Source: Flavobacteriaceae bacterium | GTDB taxonomy: Bacteria; Bacteroidota; Bacteroidia; Flavobacteriales; Flavobacteriaceae | Length of the DNA: 64,000 nt | Direction: 5' to 3' | NCBI GenBank assembly: GCA_009827225.1 | Contig: WUAI01000012.1 | Coordinates: 488-64,487, forward strand | Shown: positions 9,090 to 19,000 of the stretch, one piece after another | Layout: each line of letters begins with the position of its first letter | Numbering within the stretch: the first letter of the stretch is position 1 | The notes under the pieces: model-generated | The model's database searches: none | The model's input: the letters and a program-made list of their open reading frames with translations, nothing else | Told to the model about the DNA's origin: nothing | Translations under genes and position numbers: made by a program

Positions 9090-10412
9090 TTAAATAATCG
9101 CTGTATTGATATTGAGATGTTTCCGAACATATTTTAGCAAGATAATATTCTGAAGGATCAGTGTGGTGCTTATGACAATGGCAGCCCCCGTAACATCGAG
9201 ATAAATTACCATAGGTACACTCAAAATCAATAGAATGAGAAGCATTTGTAAATTGCTGTTGCTAAATACTTTCTGGTTGCCGGTCATACTCAATAATAAG
9301 CCAACGGATCCGGCCATGCTACTTACCAATTGACCGATACACATTATAACTAACGGTATGTAGGAGGCATCGTATTCGCTTCCAAACACCCATTGAACCA
9401 GTTCTTTTCCTCCAAAAATGAATACAAGTCCAACGGGTAATGAGAAAAAGAATATGAGCCGTCCGGTTTTCCTAATGATCCGTTGTAAATACTCCATATT
9501 CTTCTTTTCGAAAGCGGTGGATACAAAAGGTGAAATGGCCGAGTTCAAAGCATTAAGCGTAAATGCTACCAAATTTGCTCCTCTCATGGCCACATCAAAG
9601 ATGGCCACTGCTTCCACCGATCCGAACGCCACCAAAACGTAGTTTAACAACTTGGATCGAACCACCTGTATTCCACTGTTAATAGAAAAAGGGATGGTTT
9701 GTTTGATCCATTCTTTATTGCTGAATTGCGCTCTGATAGCACGTAATCCCCTAAGCAGTTTGCGATTCAGAAATATGAAACCCAGTAAAAAGCTTAGTCC
9801 GGTGGCTATAATCTGAAAAATAATGGCCACTTTCGGATTTAAAGGAAATTCCAAAATTACAGCTCCCATTAACATGCATGTGAACCAAAAATTTCGTAAT
9901 AAAGTGTCTGGTAATTCTGCCAGAATAACAAACTTCATACCTCTAAGAGCAGAGGCCCGCAATGCACTCAATCCAAGTAAAGGCAACAGTAAAAAGCCAT
10001 AGAGCATAGTTTCAACTATCACGGAATCATATTTATTCCACCAAAAGAAATAACTGGCGAATGCCACCGCGTAGATGATCAAGGTTGAATACACAACAAA
10101 GGCGTTGGACTTAATCAACAAGCCTTTGATAAGCGCAAAATCTTCACTTATGGCGTATTTGGAAATGTATCGGGTGAGCAAATTAGGAAGCCCCATGGTC
10201 GCAGGTACGGCAAGTATAGTCATGGTAGTAAAAACGAGCACGTAATACCCTAAATCGGCAACAGACATATATCGGGCTAGCAATACGGCATTCAGAAATG
10301 CAAAAAACGCCGATCCAAACTTTATAATAACACTGCCCGCCGAAGCAGATCTAATATCTTTCTTAGATAAAAAGTTGAATAGTTTGGACAATTTTCTATG
10401 ATTTGAAGTCAA
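9090..10412 (-). CDS. Wzx-type polysaccharide flippase (MOP superfamily)
   Basis: 440 aa with about 12 TM helices and a typical Wzx length and position. The TTG start lies directly after the stop of the upstream gene. Confidence 0.75.
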   Translation of the reverse strand: MTSNHRKLSKLFNFLSKKDIRSASAGSVIIKFGSAFFAFLNAVLLARYMSVADLGYYVLVFTTMTILAVPATMGLPNLLTRYISKYAISEDFALIKGLLIKSNAFVVYSTLIIYAVAFASYFFWWNKYDSVIVETMLYGFLLLPLLGLSALRASALRGMKFVILAELPDTLLRNFWFTCMLMGAVILEFPLNPKVAIIFQIIATGLSFLLGFIFLNRKLLRGLRAIRAQFSNKEWIKQTIPFSINSGIQVVRSKLLNYVLVAFGSVEAVAIFDVAMRGANLVAFTLNALNSAISPFVSTAFEKKNMEYLQRIIRKTGRLIFFFSLPVGLVFIFGGKELVQWVFGSEYDASYIPLVIMCIGQLVSSMAGSVGLLLSMTGNQKVFSNSNLQMLLILLILSVPMVIYLDVTGAAIVISTTLILQNIILLKYVRKHLNINTAII

Positions 10413-10982
10413 TTACCTTTGAAGTAAATGAGCTTTCTCTTTCATTTCTTTTAGTGACCAATCCCACCACTGAAGTTGATCCTGAGCCTTCATTTCTTCT
10501 TCAGAAAACCGAAATTTAATAAACTTGGCCGGTACACCTGCCATAATCGCATAATCAGGCACATTTTTGGTTACCACTGCACCAGCGGCTATAATGGCAT
10601 TATTACCAATAGTAACACCTGGTAGAATAATAGCTCGATCTCCAATCCAAACATTATGCCCGACGGTTACATTGTTTCTTTCATCCACCCTGGCTTCTAA
10701 ACCAATTCTTTTCAGCAATGCGTATTGTAAAATGATGTCGTCGACCTTATGATTGGAAGTTATAATCCTAATATCATCTCCAAGGGCGCAATACTTACCA
10801 AAGGTGCAATCGCCGCGGCCTTTGATGGTAATTTTTCCGTTGATGCGAGTGCCATCACCAAATACAGTTCCGTTTACAATTCGGGACCCTTTGCCGATAA
10901 GAATACCACTTGTATCTTTTAAATCTCTGAATTTTAAAAGAAAACGATACCAGGTGGCGTTTTTACCGGAAAATGTCAGCAT
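10413..10982 (-). CDS. Hexapeptide-repeat O-acetyltransferase (Vat/CatB-like left-handed beta-helix)
   Basis: VTVGHNVWIGDRAIILPGVTIGNNAIIAAGAVV hexapeptide repeats. Confidence 0.8.
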   Translation of the reverse strand: MLTFSGKNATWYRFLLKFRDLKDTSGILIGKGSRIVNGTVFGDGTRINGKITIKGRGDCTFGKYCALGDDIRIITSNHKVDDIILQYALLKRIGLEARVDERNNVTVGHNVWIGDRAIILPGVTIGNNAIIAAGAVVTKNVPDYAIMAGVPAKFIKFRFSEEEMKAQDQLQWWDWSLKEMKEKAHLLQR

Positions 10983-10985
10983 AAT

Positions 10986-12242
10986 TTAGAGTATCATTCC
11001 AGCGGCAACTGTTTCGTGAGATGCATCATCAATTAAAACAAAGCTACCGGTAATTCGGTTATCCCTATATTCATCGATCATCAAAGGACGAGTGGTTCTT
11101 ATTTTGATACGCGCAATGTCGTTCATATTAAGATCCTTATTTTCTTCGTCTCGACTGTAAGTATTGATATCAATTTTATACAGAATATCCTTGATCATTG
11201 CCTTCTGCTCATTGGACGTATGCAAAATGGTGTATTTCGCGCGGGGCCTGGCAGCTGAATTGTTCAACCAACACAACATAGCATCAAACTCCTGGGTAGG
11301 CGTAGGTTTGTTGTTCGTTTTTACAATCATATCCCCACGACTTATATCGATATCGTCCTCAAGCGTTATTGAAACCGACATAGGCGCATAAGCCTCATCC
11401 ATAGGGCCTTCAATAGTATCCACCGATTTGATCACGGAGGTAAACCCTGATGGCATAATCGTAACATCATCACCAGGTCGGAAGATCCCACTGGCTACAC
11501 GTCCTGCATACCCGCGGTAATCCACAAATTCCTTGCTCTGAGGTCGTAATACAGTTTGCACCGGAAAACGAGCATCGATTTTGTTTAAATCACTACTAAT
11601 ATGCATATGTTCCAAAGTATGCAACAAAGGGGCACCCTGGTACCATCCCATGTTTTCGGATCGATTTACCACATTATCACCATTTAACGCACTAATGGGA
11701 AGGAATCGAATGTCTTTTACATACAGCTTGGATGAAAACTCTTCGAACTGGGCAATTATATTTTCATAAACCTCCTCTTTGTAGTCCACCAAATCCATTT
11801 TATTGACACATACAATGATATGTGGAATCTGAAGCAGAGAAGCTATAAACGCATGGCGTTTTGTTTGTTCAATGACACCGTTTCGAGCATCTATCAGGAT
11901 GAGGGCCGCGTTTGCTGTGGAAGCTCCGGTGACCATGTTCCTGGTATATTGAATATGCCCTGGCGTATCAGCAATAATGAATTTACGCTTTGGGGTAGTA
12001 AAATAACGATAGGCCACGTCAATAGTAATCCCCTGCTCTCTTTCATCCCGCAGTCCATCGGTGAAAAGAGCCAGGTCTACACCATCATGACCTTTTCTTT
12101 TACTGGTGGTTTCTACGGCCTCCAATTGATCTTCAAAAATCGCTTTGCTATCGTACAACAAACGACCGATAAGTGTACTTTTTCCGTCGTCCACACTACC
12201 GGCGGTTGTAAATCGTAATAATTGATTATTATCTATTTGCAT
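10986..12242 (-). CDS. cysN: Sulfate adenylyltransferase subunit 1
   Basis: GTPase motifs GSVDDGKST, DTPGH and NKMD. I prefer the start at ATG 12242 (MQIDNNQLLRFTT) because the 12314 start would overlap cysD by 59 nt. Confidence 0.9.
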   Translation of the reverse strand: MQIDNNQLLRFTTAGSVDDGKSTLIGRLLYDSKAIFEDQLEAVETTSKRKGHDGVDLALFTDGLRDEREQGITIDVAYRYFTTPKRKFIIADTPGHIQYTRNMVTGASTANAALILIDARNGVIEQTKRHAFIASLLQIPHIIVCVNKMDLVDYKEEVYENIIAQFEEFSSKLYVKDIRFLPISALNGDNVVNRSENMGWYQGAPLLHTLEHMHISSDLNKIDARFPVQTVLRPQSKEFVDYRGYAGRVASGIFRPGDDVTIMPSGFTSVIKSVDTIEGPMDEAYAPMSVSITLEDDIDISRGDMIVKTNNKPTPTQEFDAMLCWLNNSAARPRAKYTILHTSNEQKAMIKDILYKIDINTYSRDEENKDLNMNDIARIKIRTTRPLMIDEYRDNRITGSFVLIDDASHETVAAGMIL

Positions 12243-12255
12243 TTTTTCTGAAATA

Positions 12256-13161
12256 TTAGAAGTAACCTTGTCGTTTTCTATCCTCCATAGAGGTCTCACT
12301 TCGTTTGTCATCACTACGGTTACCTCGTTCGGTCTGTTTCATGGAGCTTACCTCCTGCACAATTTTTTCCAATGAGTCTGCATCCGATTCAATCCCACCG
12401 GTGATGGTAATATCACCAAGGGTTCTGAAGCGAATCTTTTTTGAATGAATCTCTTCTCCATCCTCCAGTTTAAGATATTCTGACACCGGGATCCAGGAGT
12501 CGTTTCTCCATACTACTTCCCGTTGATGTGCATAATACAAGGAAGGAATACTGATATTTTCACGGAGTATGTAATTCCACACATCCATTTCGGTCCAGTT
12601 ACTGATTGGGAACGCACGGAAATGTTCTCCTTCAAAATGCTTTCCGTTAAGTATGTTCCATAGTTCGGGTCTTTGATTTTTTGGATCCCATTGTCCAAAA
12701 TCGTCCCGGTGCGAGAAGAAACGTTCTTTAGCACGTGCCTTTTCCTCATCCCTTCTTCCGCCACCAATAGCGCAATCCACATTATGAGTTTCAATAGCGT
12801 CCAGCAAAGTGGTGATCTGAAGTGCATTCCGTGTTGCATTTTTTCCACGTTCTTCGGCCACTCTCCCCGTATCGATGGATTCCTGAACGGAACCTACGAT
12901 TAGCTGTGCTCCAAGGTCTGCAATAAGATCGTCCCTGAATTTAATAGTCTCCGGAAAATTGTGCCCCGTATCCACATGCATCAAAGGGAAAGGTATCTTG
13001 GAAGGATAAAATGCCTTTTTGGCTAAATGAGTAACAAGTATAGAATCTTTACCTCCCGAGAATAGAATAACGGGGTTCTCGAACTGAGCCCATACTTCCC
13101 TGAGGATATAAATGGCTTCGGATTCTAATTCATCCAAATAGTTTAAATAATACTTACTCAT
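12256..13161 (-). CDS. cysD: Sulfate adenylyltransferase subunit 2
   Basis: PP-loop ILFSGGKDS. The length (301 aa) and C-terminus are typical of CysD. Confidence 0.92.
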   Translation of the reverse strand: MSKYYLNYLDELESEAIYILREVWAQFENPVILFSGGKDSILVTHLAKKAFYPSKIPFPLMHVDTGHNFPETIKFRDDLIADLGAQLIVGSVQESIDTGRVAEERGKNATRNALQITTLLDAIETHNVDCAIGGGRRDEEKARAKERFFSHRDDFGQWDPKNQRPELWNILNGKHFEGEHFRAFPISNWTEMDVWNYILRENISIPSLYYAHQREVVWRNDSWIPVSEYLKLEDGEEIHSKKIRFRTLGDITITGGIESDADSLEKIVQEVSSMKQTERGNRSDDKRSETSMEDRKRQGYF

Positions 13162-13756
13162 TATCTAATTGTAATTTACTTTTTACTTTTTCAAATATTA
13201 TTTCGACTGCCTCTTCAACCGAGGTTGAAGTAGTATCAATTTCGCAATCGGGATTCACAGGGGCCTCATAGGGAGCATTAATCCCGGTAAAATTTTTGAT
13301 CTCACCTGCCCTGGCCTTCGCATAAAGGCCCTTCACATCTCGACGTTCGCACTCTTCCAGGGGAGTATTAACAAATATCTCCACATAATTTTCAGGTCCA
13401 ACTATGTTGCTAATATCTTCCCGGTCTTTTTGGTAAGGGGAAACAAAAGCACCTAAAACTACCAATCCCGCATCGACCATCAAATTGGCAACTTCGGCAA
13501 TTCGTCTGATGTTCTCCGTGCGATCTTCAGGGGAAAATCCCAGATTTTTATTGAGGCCCTTTCGTACATTATCCCCATCAAGCGCATAGGTGTGAATATT
13601 CTTTTCCGCAAGATGTTTTTCAAACGCATTTGCAATGGTCGACTTACCAGACCCGGATAGGCCTGTAAACCATACCAAAAAAGCACCATGTCCTTTGAGC
13701 CCGGTGCGTTCCGCTTTGCCAATGCTAAAATTATGTGGGATGACGTTATCCTGCAT
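13154..13756 (-). CDS. cysC: Adenylyl-sulfate (APS) kinase
   Basis: P-loop GLSGSGKST and the LDGDNVR motif, 200 aa. Confidence 0.92.
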   Translation of the reverse strand: MQDNVIPHNFSIGKAERTGLKGHGAFLVWFTGLSGSGKSTIANAFEKHLAEKNIHTYALDGDNVRKGLNKNLGFSPEDRTENIRRIAEVANLMVDAGLVVLGAFVSPYQKDREDISNIVGPENYVEIFVNTPLEECERRDVKGLYAKARAGEIKNFTGINAPYEAPVNPDCEIDTTSTSVEEAVEIIFEKVKSKLQLDNE

Positions 13757-14217
13757 TATCGGTTAAGTATCTTCTTGTACACAAAGTTTCGGATTCGTCC
13801 TAATGGCAGACGGAGCCAGATGCGTTCGTGTAAATAATAAAGTGCAAATTTAGTAAATAGCTCGGTTAAAGCTATAAAAAGAGCGATTTCGGTAAAACTC
13901 TCTAAAATGGCCCCTGAAATAAGGAATGTCATGGTGGTGGCCACGATTCTCCAGGACAGAGTTTTATAGAGGGTTCGTTTCTTGGATACTTCTTTCCCCG
14001 CATGATACTTTTGCCAGATTCTTTCATGCACGTAGTACACTGCGAATTTGAGAACAAATTCGATTCCGCCTATCTTCAGGGCATTTTCTAAACTACAATT
14101 ACCAAACAAACAGGTAATAGCCAAAGCTACGACCACCGTATCCGTAGTAGCAACAATACGCCAGGAGATCCCTTTTAAGAGACTTCGTATGTGAGATTCC
14201 TGTTTGTAAACGGCCAT
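13756..14217 (-). CDS. DUF2061-type membrane protein, internally duplicated
   Basis: Two copies of SWRIVATT...KFA(V/L)YY(V/L)HERIW. Its stop overlaps the cysC start (TAATG). Confidence 0.6.
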   Translation of the reverse strand: MAVYKQESHIRSLLKGISWRIVATTDTVVVALAITCLFGNCSLENALKIGGIEFVLKFAVYYVHERIWQKYHAGKEVSKKRTLYKTLSWRIVATTMTFLISGAILESFTEIALFIALTELFTKFALYYLHERIWLRLPLGRIRNFVYKKILNR

Positions 14218-14218
14218 C

Positions 14219-15007
14219 TTATGCAGTTACTAAAAAGTAGGGATTCAATAAGTTCTCCTTATTGTATTGCAATGGTTTCTGGGTATTTTGATCAATCACT
14301 GAAACGCCACTCGCATTGCAAATAGCGTGACCAGCTGCAGTATCCCACTCCATGGTAGGTGCAAATCTTGGATATACATGCGCATTGCCTTCGGCCACCA
14401 GGCAAAATTTTAAGGAACTTCCCCTGGATACGATCTCAACCTGTTGGTCCTTTTCGATTTCAGCAATGAAATTCCGGGTATCATCATTGAGATGAGAGCG
14501 ACTCCCAACAACCTTCACTGGTTCACTCTTTTCAGCAGGTGCAAGTACCTCAGCACCAGACAGTATTTGATCCATCGAGTAATTGTCTTCATCTATCTCG
14601 ATTTTTCTGGCCTGATCGGCATCAGCATTGGTAAAATATAAAGTTCTTGAAACCGGTACATAAATAACTCCAAGTACAGGGTTTCCATTTTTAACTAAAG
14701 CAATGTTTACCGTGAACTCCCCATTTCTTTTCACAAATTCTTTGGTTCCGTCCAGTGGATCCACAATCCAGCAACTTTGCCATTGGCTGCGTTCAGAAAA
14801 CTCAATTTGCTTGTTTTCTTCACTTATAATAGGAACATCGGTAGTGAGAAGGTAAGTATTGATTACATCATTGGCATTTCGATCGGCCAATGTAAGCGGA
14901 GAATTATCTCCTTTTATTTCTACATCGAAGTCGGTGGCATAAATCTTCATTATCTCTTTTCCACCTTCAATAGCAGCTTTTATCGCAGTCTCTAAATAAG
15001 ATTTCAT
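14219..15007 (-). CDS. cysQ: 3'(2'),5'-bisphosphate nucleotidase (PAP phosphatase)
   Basis: WIVDPLDGT and WDTAAG motifs. I prefer the start at ATG 15007 (MKSYLETAIKAA) because a -7 box lies inside the longer ORF. Confidence 0.85.
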   Translation of the reverse strand: MKSYLETAIKAAIEGGKEIMKIYATDFDVEIKGDNSPLTLADRNANDVINTYLLTTDVPIISEENKQIEFSERSQWQSCWIVDPLDGTKEFVKRNGEFTVNIALVKNGNPVLGVIYVPVSRTLYFTNADADQARKIEIDEDNYSMDQILSGAEVLAPAEKSEPVKVVGSRSHLNDDTRNFIAEIEKDQQVEIVSRGSSLKFCLVAEGNAHVYPRFAPTMEWDTAAGHAICNASGVSVIDQNTQKPLQYNKENLLNPYFLVTA

Positions 15008-15026
15008 GGGGGTGACGTTAGGTGCG

Positions 15027-15034
15027 CAAATGTA
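15027..15034 (-). promoter_or_regulatory. Candidate Bacteroidota -7 box (TACATTTG) for the cysQ-to-FemAB-like operon
   Basis: The reverse complement of CAAATGTA matches TAnnTTTG. It lies 19 nt upstream of the cysQ ATG at 15007. Confidence 0.3.
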
Positions 15035-15148
15035 CAATATTTCCATAAAGAACAGAATTTTTTAATCGCTCATTGCTAAGAAATCCGTGTTTAATTATGG
15101 CCTGAAATTTGCTTCCAACAGATTCATAAACAATTGTAAATTTGTGTT

Positions 15149-16009
15149 ATGAAAAAGATACTCCTGTTCTTATGGGTTCTTCCTTCGTGTATCAGCTGCC
15201 AGGATTTCGGCAGATTAGAATTGGTAGCAGATTTGCCGGGCCTTTTGAAAGAAGTGAGCGGAATTGAATATTCCACGGAGTCCAATCTAATTTGGTCCAT
15301 CAACGATTCTCGAAATGCTCCTGAGGTCTACGGTTTTGATATCGAATCTCAGAAAATTCAACGCACCATACGACTCAAAGGTGCCAGTAATATTGACTGG
15401 GAAGACCTGGCATTCTCCGAAGACGGAACTCTTTATGTAGGTGATTTCGGAAATAATATCAGTAATCGAACGGACCTTGCTATCTATCATGTACCGACTC
15501 CCGATTCCGGAGAAAAAAGAAGGCAAGAACCTCTCATTACCACATTCGCCTACCAGGATCAAATTAACTTTCCCCCGAAAGAAAAGGACAAAAGCTATGA
15601 CGTAGAAGCGTTTATCCATCTAAATGAGTCTTTTTATCTTTTCACAAGAAACAGGTCTAAAAAGTACGACGGAACCACTAAGATCTATAAAATAACTGCC
15701 GAAGAGGGCCCGCAGGAAGCTATATACGTTGGAGAATTAGAAACTTGTAAAGATCAAAGTGATTGCGAAATCACGTCCGCCGCTATTCATCATCCTACCG
15801 GAAAAATTGCCCTGCTCTCATATAACAAAGTGTGGATAATTTCCGATTATCAAAATGACTATTTCCCTTCAGGGAAGGTGGAGAAAATAAAACTTGGGCA
15901 TTCTTCTCAAAAAGAGAGTATTAGTTTTAAGACCGAAAATGAACTTTACATTGCTGATGAACGAACTCACGGCAAGGGAAGAAATTTGTATTTGCTTCGT
16001 CTGGACTAA
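15149..16009 (+). CDS. Secreted/lipoprotein beta-propeller-like protein (SdiA-regulated/phytase-like resemblance)
   Basis: Signal peptide with Cys (LPSCISC). Motifs LKEVSGIEYS and DWEDLAFSEDGTLYVGDFGNN. Confidence 0.35.
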   Translation: MKKILLFLWVLPSCISCQDFGRLELVADLPGLLKEVSGIEYSTESNLIWSINDSRNAPEVYGFDIESQKIQRTIRLKGASNIDWEDLAFSEDGTLYVGDFGNNISNRTDLAIYHVPTPDSGEKRRQEPLITTFAYQDQINFPPKEKDKSYDVEAFIHLNESFYLFTRNRSKKYDGTTKIYKITAEEGPQEAIYVGELETCKDQSDCEITSAAIHHPTGKIALLSYNKVWIISDYQNDYFPSGKVEKIKLGHSSQKESISFKTENELYIADERTHGKGRNLYLLRLD

Positions 16010-19000
16010 AGGCTTACTCCCAGGGTGAAGGTAATTCGAATTCCATCGTCACCATTAAAGACACCTAGCTGCCCGGAAAGGGCATCCACGGCATTGAGCC
16101 ATAAACCTCCGCCAAAACTGCTGTGCCAAATGTCGGAATCTTCACCGTCCACCCAAACGCGTCCAGTATCAGCACCCCCATATATACCCAACTGTAATGG
16201 CAATAGTCCGGTTTTGAATCTGCGGAACCCATAACGAAGATCGCCTCCTACCGCTACAGCACTTTCACCGCTAAATCTTTGTGTCCTGTAACCGCGAAGG
16301 CCTGTATTTCCTCCAATGATTGCAGCCTGGTAGAACTCAAATTCATCACCGATATTAAACTGTCCCTGTGCCATGGTTTTTAATACCAATCGTCCGTTCT
16401 TGCTCAGGGAATTGTAAAACTGCAATGCTGGATGCACATATCCATAAGTTCGTTCGGTATCTTCTGCATTGGATCTAACCCCTCCTTTTAGTTTAAACAC
16501 CATCCCTCTAGTGGGATTGGCCTTGTTATCAAAACTTTCATATTCATAATCCATGTCAACATTCACAAAGGTCATCGGATCGAAAGTCATCGGGCTGTTC
16601 ATGAATTCTTGCTCTATGAATCGACCGGCGGTATTCTCAACTTCAATATTTTCAACACCTGCCGACAATACCAACCTACTTCCATACTCTCCCTGGCGCA
16701 CTACTCCTACCCGTCCGGATATGATTCCGGTCTTAACCCTGTTGAAATCAAGCTCCAGTTCTTCCTCGTCCTGGGGATTCTCTGTTTCATTTCCGAATCC
16801 AAAATAGTTTCTGGTGAAGTTTTCACTCGCAAAATGACCGTCGATCAACAGATTCCAGGATCCAAACACCCCTGCAAATTCTCCATTATATCGAAGATCG
16901 AATCCTTCAGTGGCGAAGTAATATGCCGCGCTCATGGTATGCTTTTGATGAAATGGATTGTTCTTAAATCCTGAAACGGTATAGATATCGGTAAGTACTA
17001 ATTTTAAGCCATCATCCGGATTGGCACCTATAATGGGAAGAATGGAATTAGAACGGCTAATTAATTTTTCGTAGTTATAGGTGTTGAGTGCATAATCGTC
17101 TCTGAACCTAAACGACCCACTCCCCTTTTTGGCGATGGTATTCGGTTTCGTCCTTGTATCGTGTACCTTGATGGCTCTGCCACTGTCGAAGGTATAAACG
17201 TCGTTGTTTTGTCCGCCCATGATTCGGATGAAAACCGGATTCCTTCCTTCGCCACGCACAACGAATTCATCGTCATCATCCAGCCCGTATATCCATACAT
17301 CTTTGGTCTCTTTGGAATTGATAATTCGCTCTTTGTATGGGGCTTGTTTTTCTCCGTCTTTGATTCTGGAAATGGAAATCTTTGTGAATCCGTTACCGCG
17401 GGTAATCTCAAAGAGGTCATCTTTATCCGTTCCTGTCAAAACTACCAGCCTCGATAAATAATCATAGTAGCGACCCGCCACTTCGACCATTTGATCTCTC
17501 CGCGATTTTAATTTGGATTTGATTTCTTCTGAAGTACCATCCTGGACCTCCTCGGGCAGGGACAAGAAAGCTTCATCGATAATGGTATCCGTTAGTCCTT
17601 CCTGAATTCTTCGCGCCTGCGCCTGCCATTCTTCTTTCCCGGATTGTTGTACAAAGGTCCGATCCAGTTTAATCCCTGCTGCGTTCAACCATTGTAAATC
17701 ATCGATTTCATTTTCGTAAGTCTGCAACTGCCTTGTTGGCGGTATAAGGGTCCTAAGAACATTCAACAGGGACCCGTCGTAATTAGAGAATACCTGATCC
17801 CGATCTCGAGGGATGGGTCTGTAAATTCTTTTGTCTTCGGAAATATCGAAGCGCGACCACCGCCATTGGTCCTGGTGTCGGTCCCAGTCGCCCAATAGCA
17901 TATCAAACAATCGGGCCCTGATAAAGGCATCTTCATCTACCTGGTACTTTTCATCCTTGCGAAGTTTCTTTCTGAGATCACTGGTACTTTCAATTGCGTC
18001 AGGCTTTCCGAAGGAAGCTACGTCCAAAAAGTCATCATCGGGACGTTCTTCTATTACGTATAGCTCATCACCAAATTCAGCGTTATACTTGCCTAATGCT
18101 TTGTGTTTAGGCATATAAAACAAGAAAGGATTAGTGTGGTACACGCCTACCGCATCAGCCAATGGGGCCACTACGAAAGCAGCATACGGATGACTGGCGG
18201 TGTAGAAATCCAAAACCAGATCTTCGGTAATGGTTTCTTTAAAATCTTCTTCGATATAGGTGTCGGTGAAAATAACCGTTTGCAAGTAACGAGTGGCACT
18301 TTTCTTGACCCCTCTTAATGCGAAATTCCGCCCGTTTTTATCCAGTAATCTAAGAGATCTCGTTTGGTGACCTCCTCCTTTACGGGCAATTGTAAATCCG
18401 CCATACAAAGTGTCCAACGTTGCAACCGGAACCTGGATGTCTGTTCCATATACGTAGCGGTAATGATCTCCCCAAAACCATCTGTAGCTTTTTCCCTTTT
18501 CCGTTTTTTCCTTCTGATATGCCGTAGCTTTAGTGCTAGGTTCAAAGTTATCCGCCAATCCTGAAGTATCGTAATCCTCTATGGGTGTATATACTTCCGA
18601 AGTAAACAATAATTCAGGTGTACCCCCCTTTGCACTGTAAAACCGCACTTCCGAAGAACCATCAGTAAAGATATCGAGTACTGCAAATCCCTGGTCACCA
18701 TAAACAAACTTCGCATGTTTGCCCAACTTCGCCGCCGAGTTTTTGGATCCGCTTCCTGAAACAATCTGCTTCACGCCATCATCCACATTGTACTGCAAAG
18801 AATGTTCATGGCCGGAAGTTAGGATCACCCGATCATTGCCTCGAACTAAAGTGGTAAGACGATCCATCAATTCGTCATAACGATTGTTAAATCGATCTTG
18901 TGGTGACACGCCTCCCGTGGCTCGAACCTGGTTCATCGCCGTGGCAATTCCAGGTAGTGGAATTTTCCCTTGAAAAGGAAAAAGATGTTTCTTGGCGCTA

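Noticed and set aside
10986-12314. Long version of cysN starting at 12314
   Set aside because: It would overlap cysD by 59 nt and add a non-conserved 24-aa extension. The ATG at 12242 gives the canonical N-terminus just before GSVDDGKST.
14219-15046. Long version of cysQ starting at 15046
   Set aside because: The extension (MEILYICAPNVTP) contains the candidate -7 box at 15027-15034. The ATG at 15007 gives a typical CysQ N-terminus.
15137-15144. TAAATTTG box upstream of ORF 15149
   Set aside because: It ends only 4 nt before the ATG of an ORF with a convincing signal peptide, so the predicted start site would fall inside the start codon. This is probably a chance match in AT-rich DNA.
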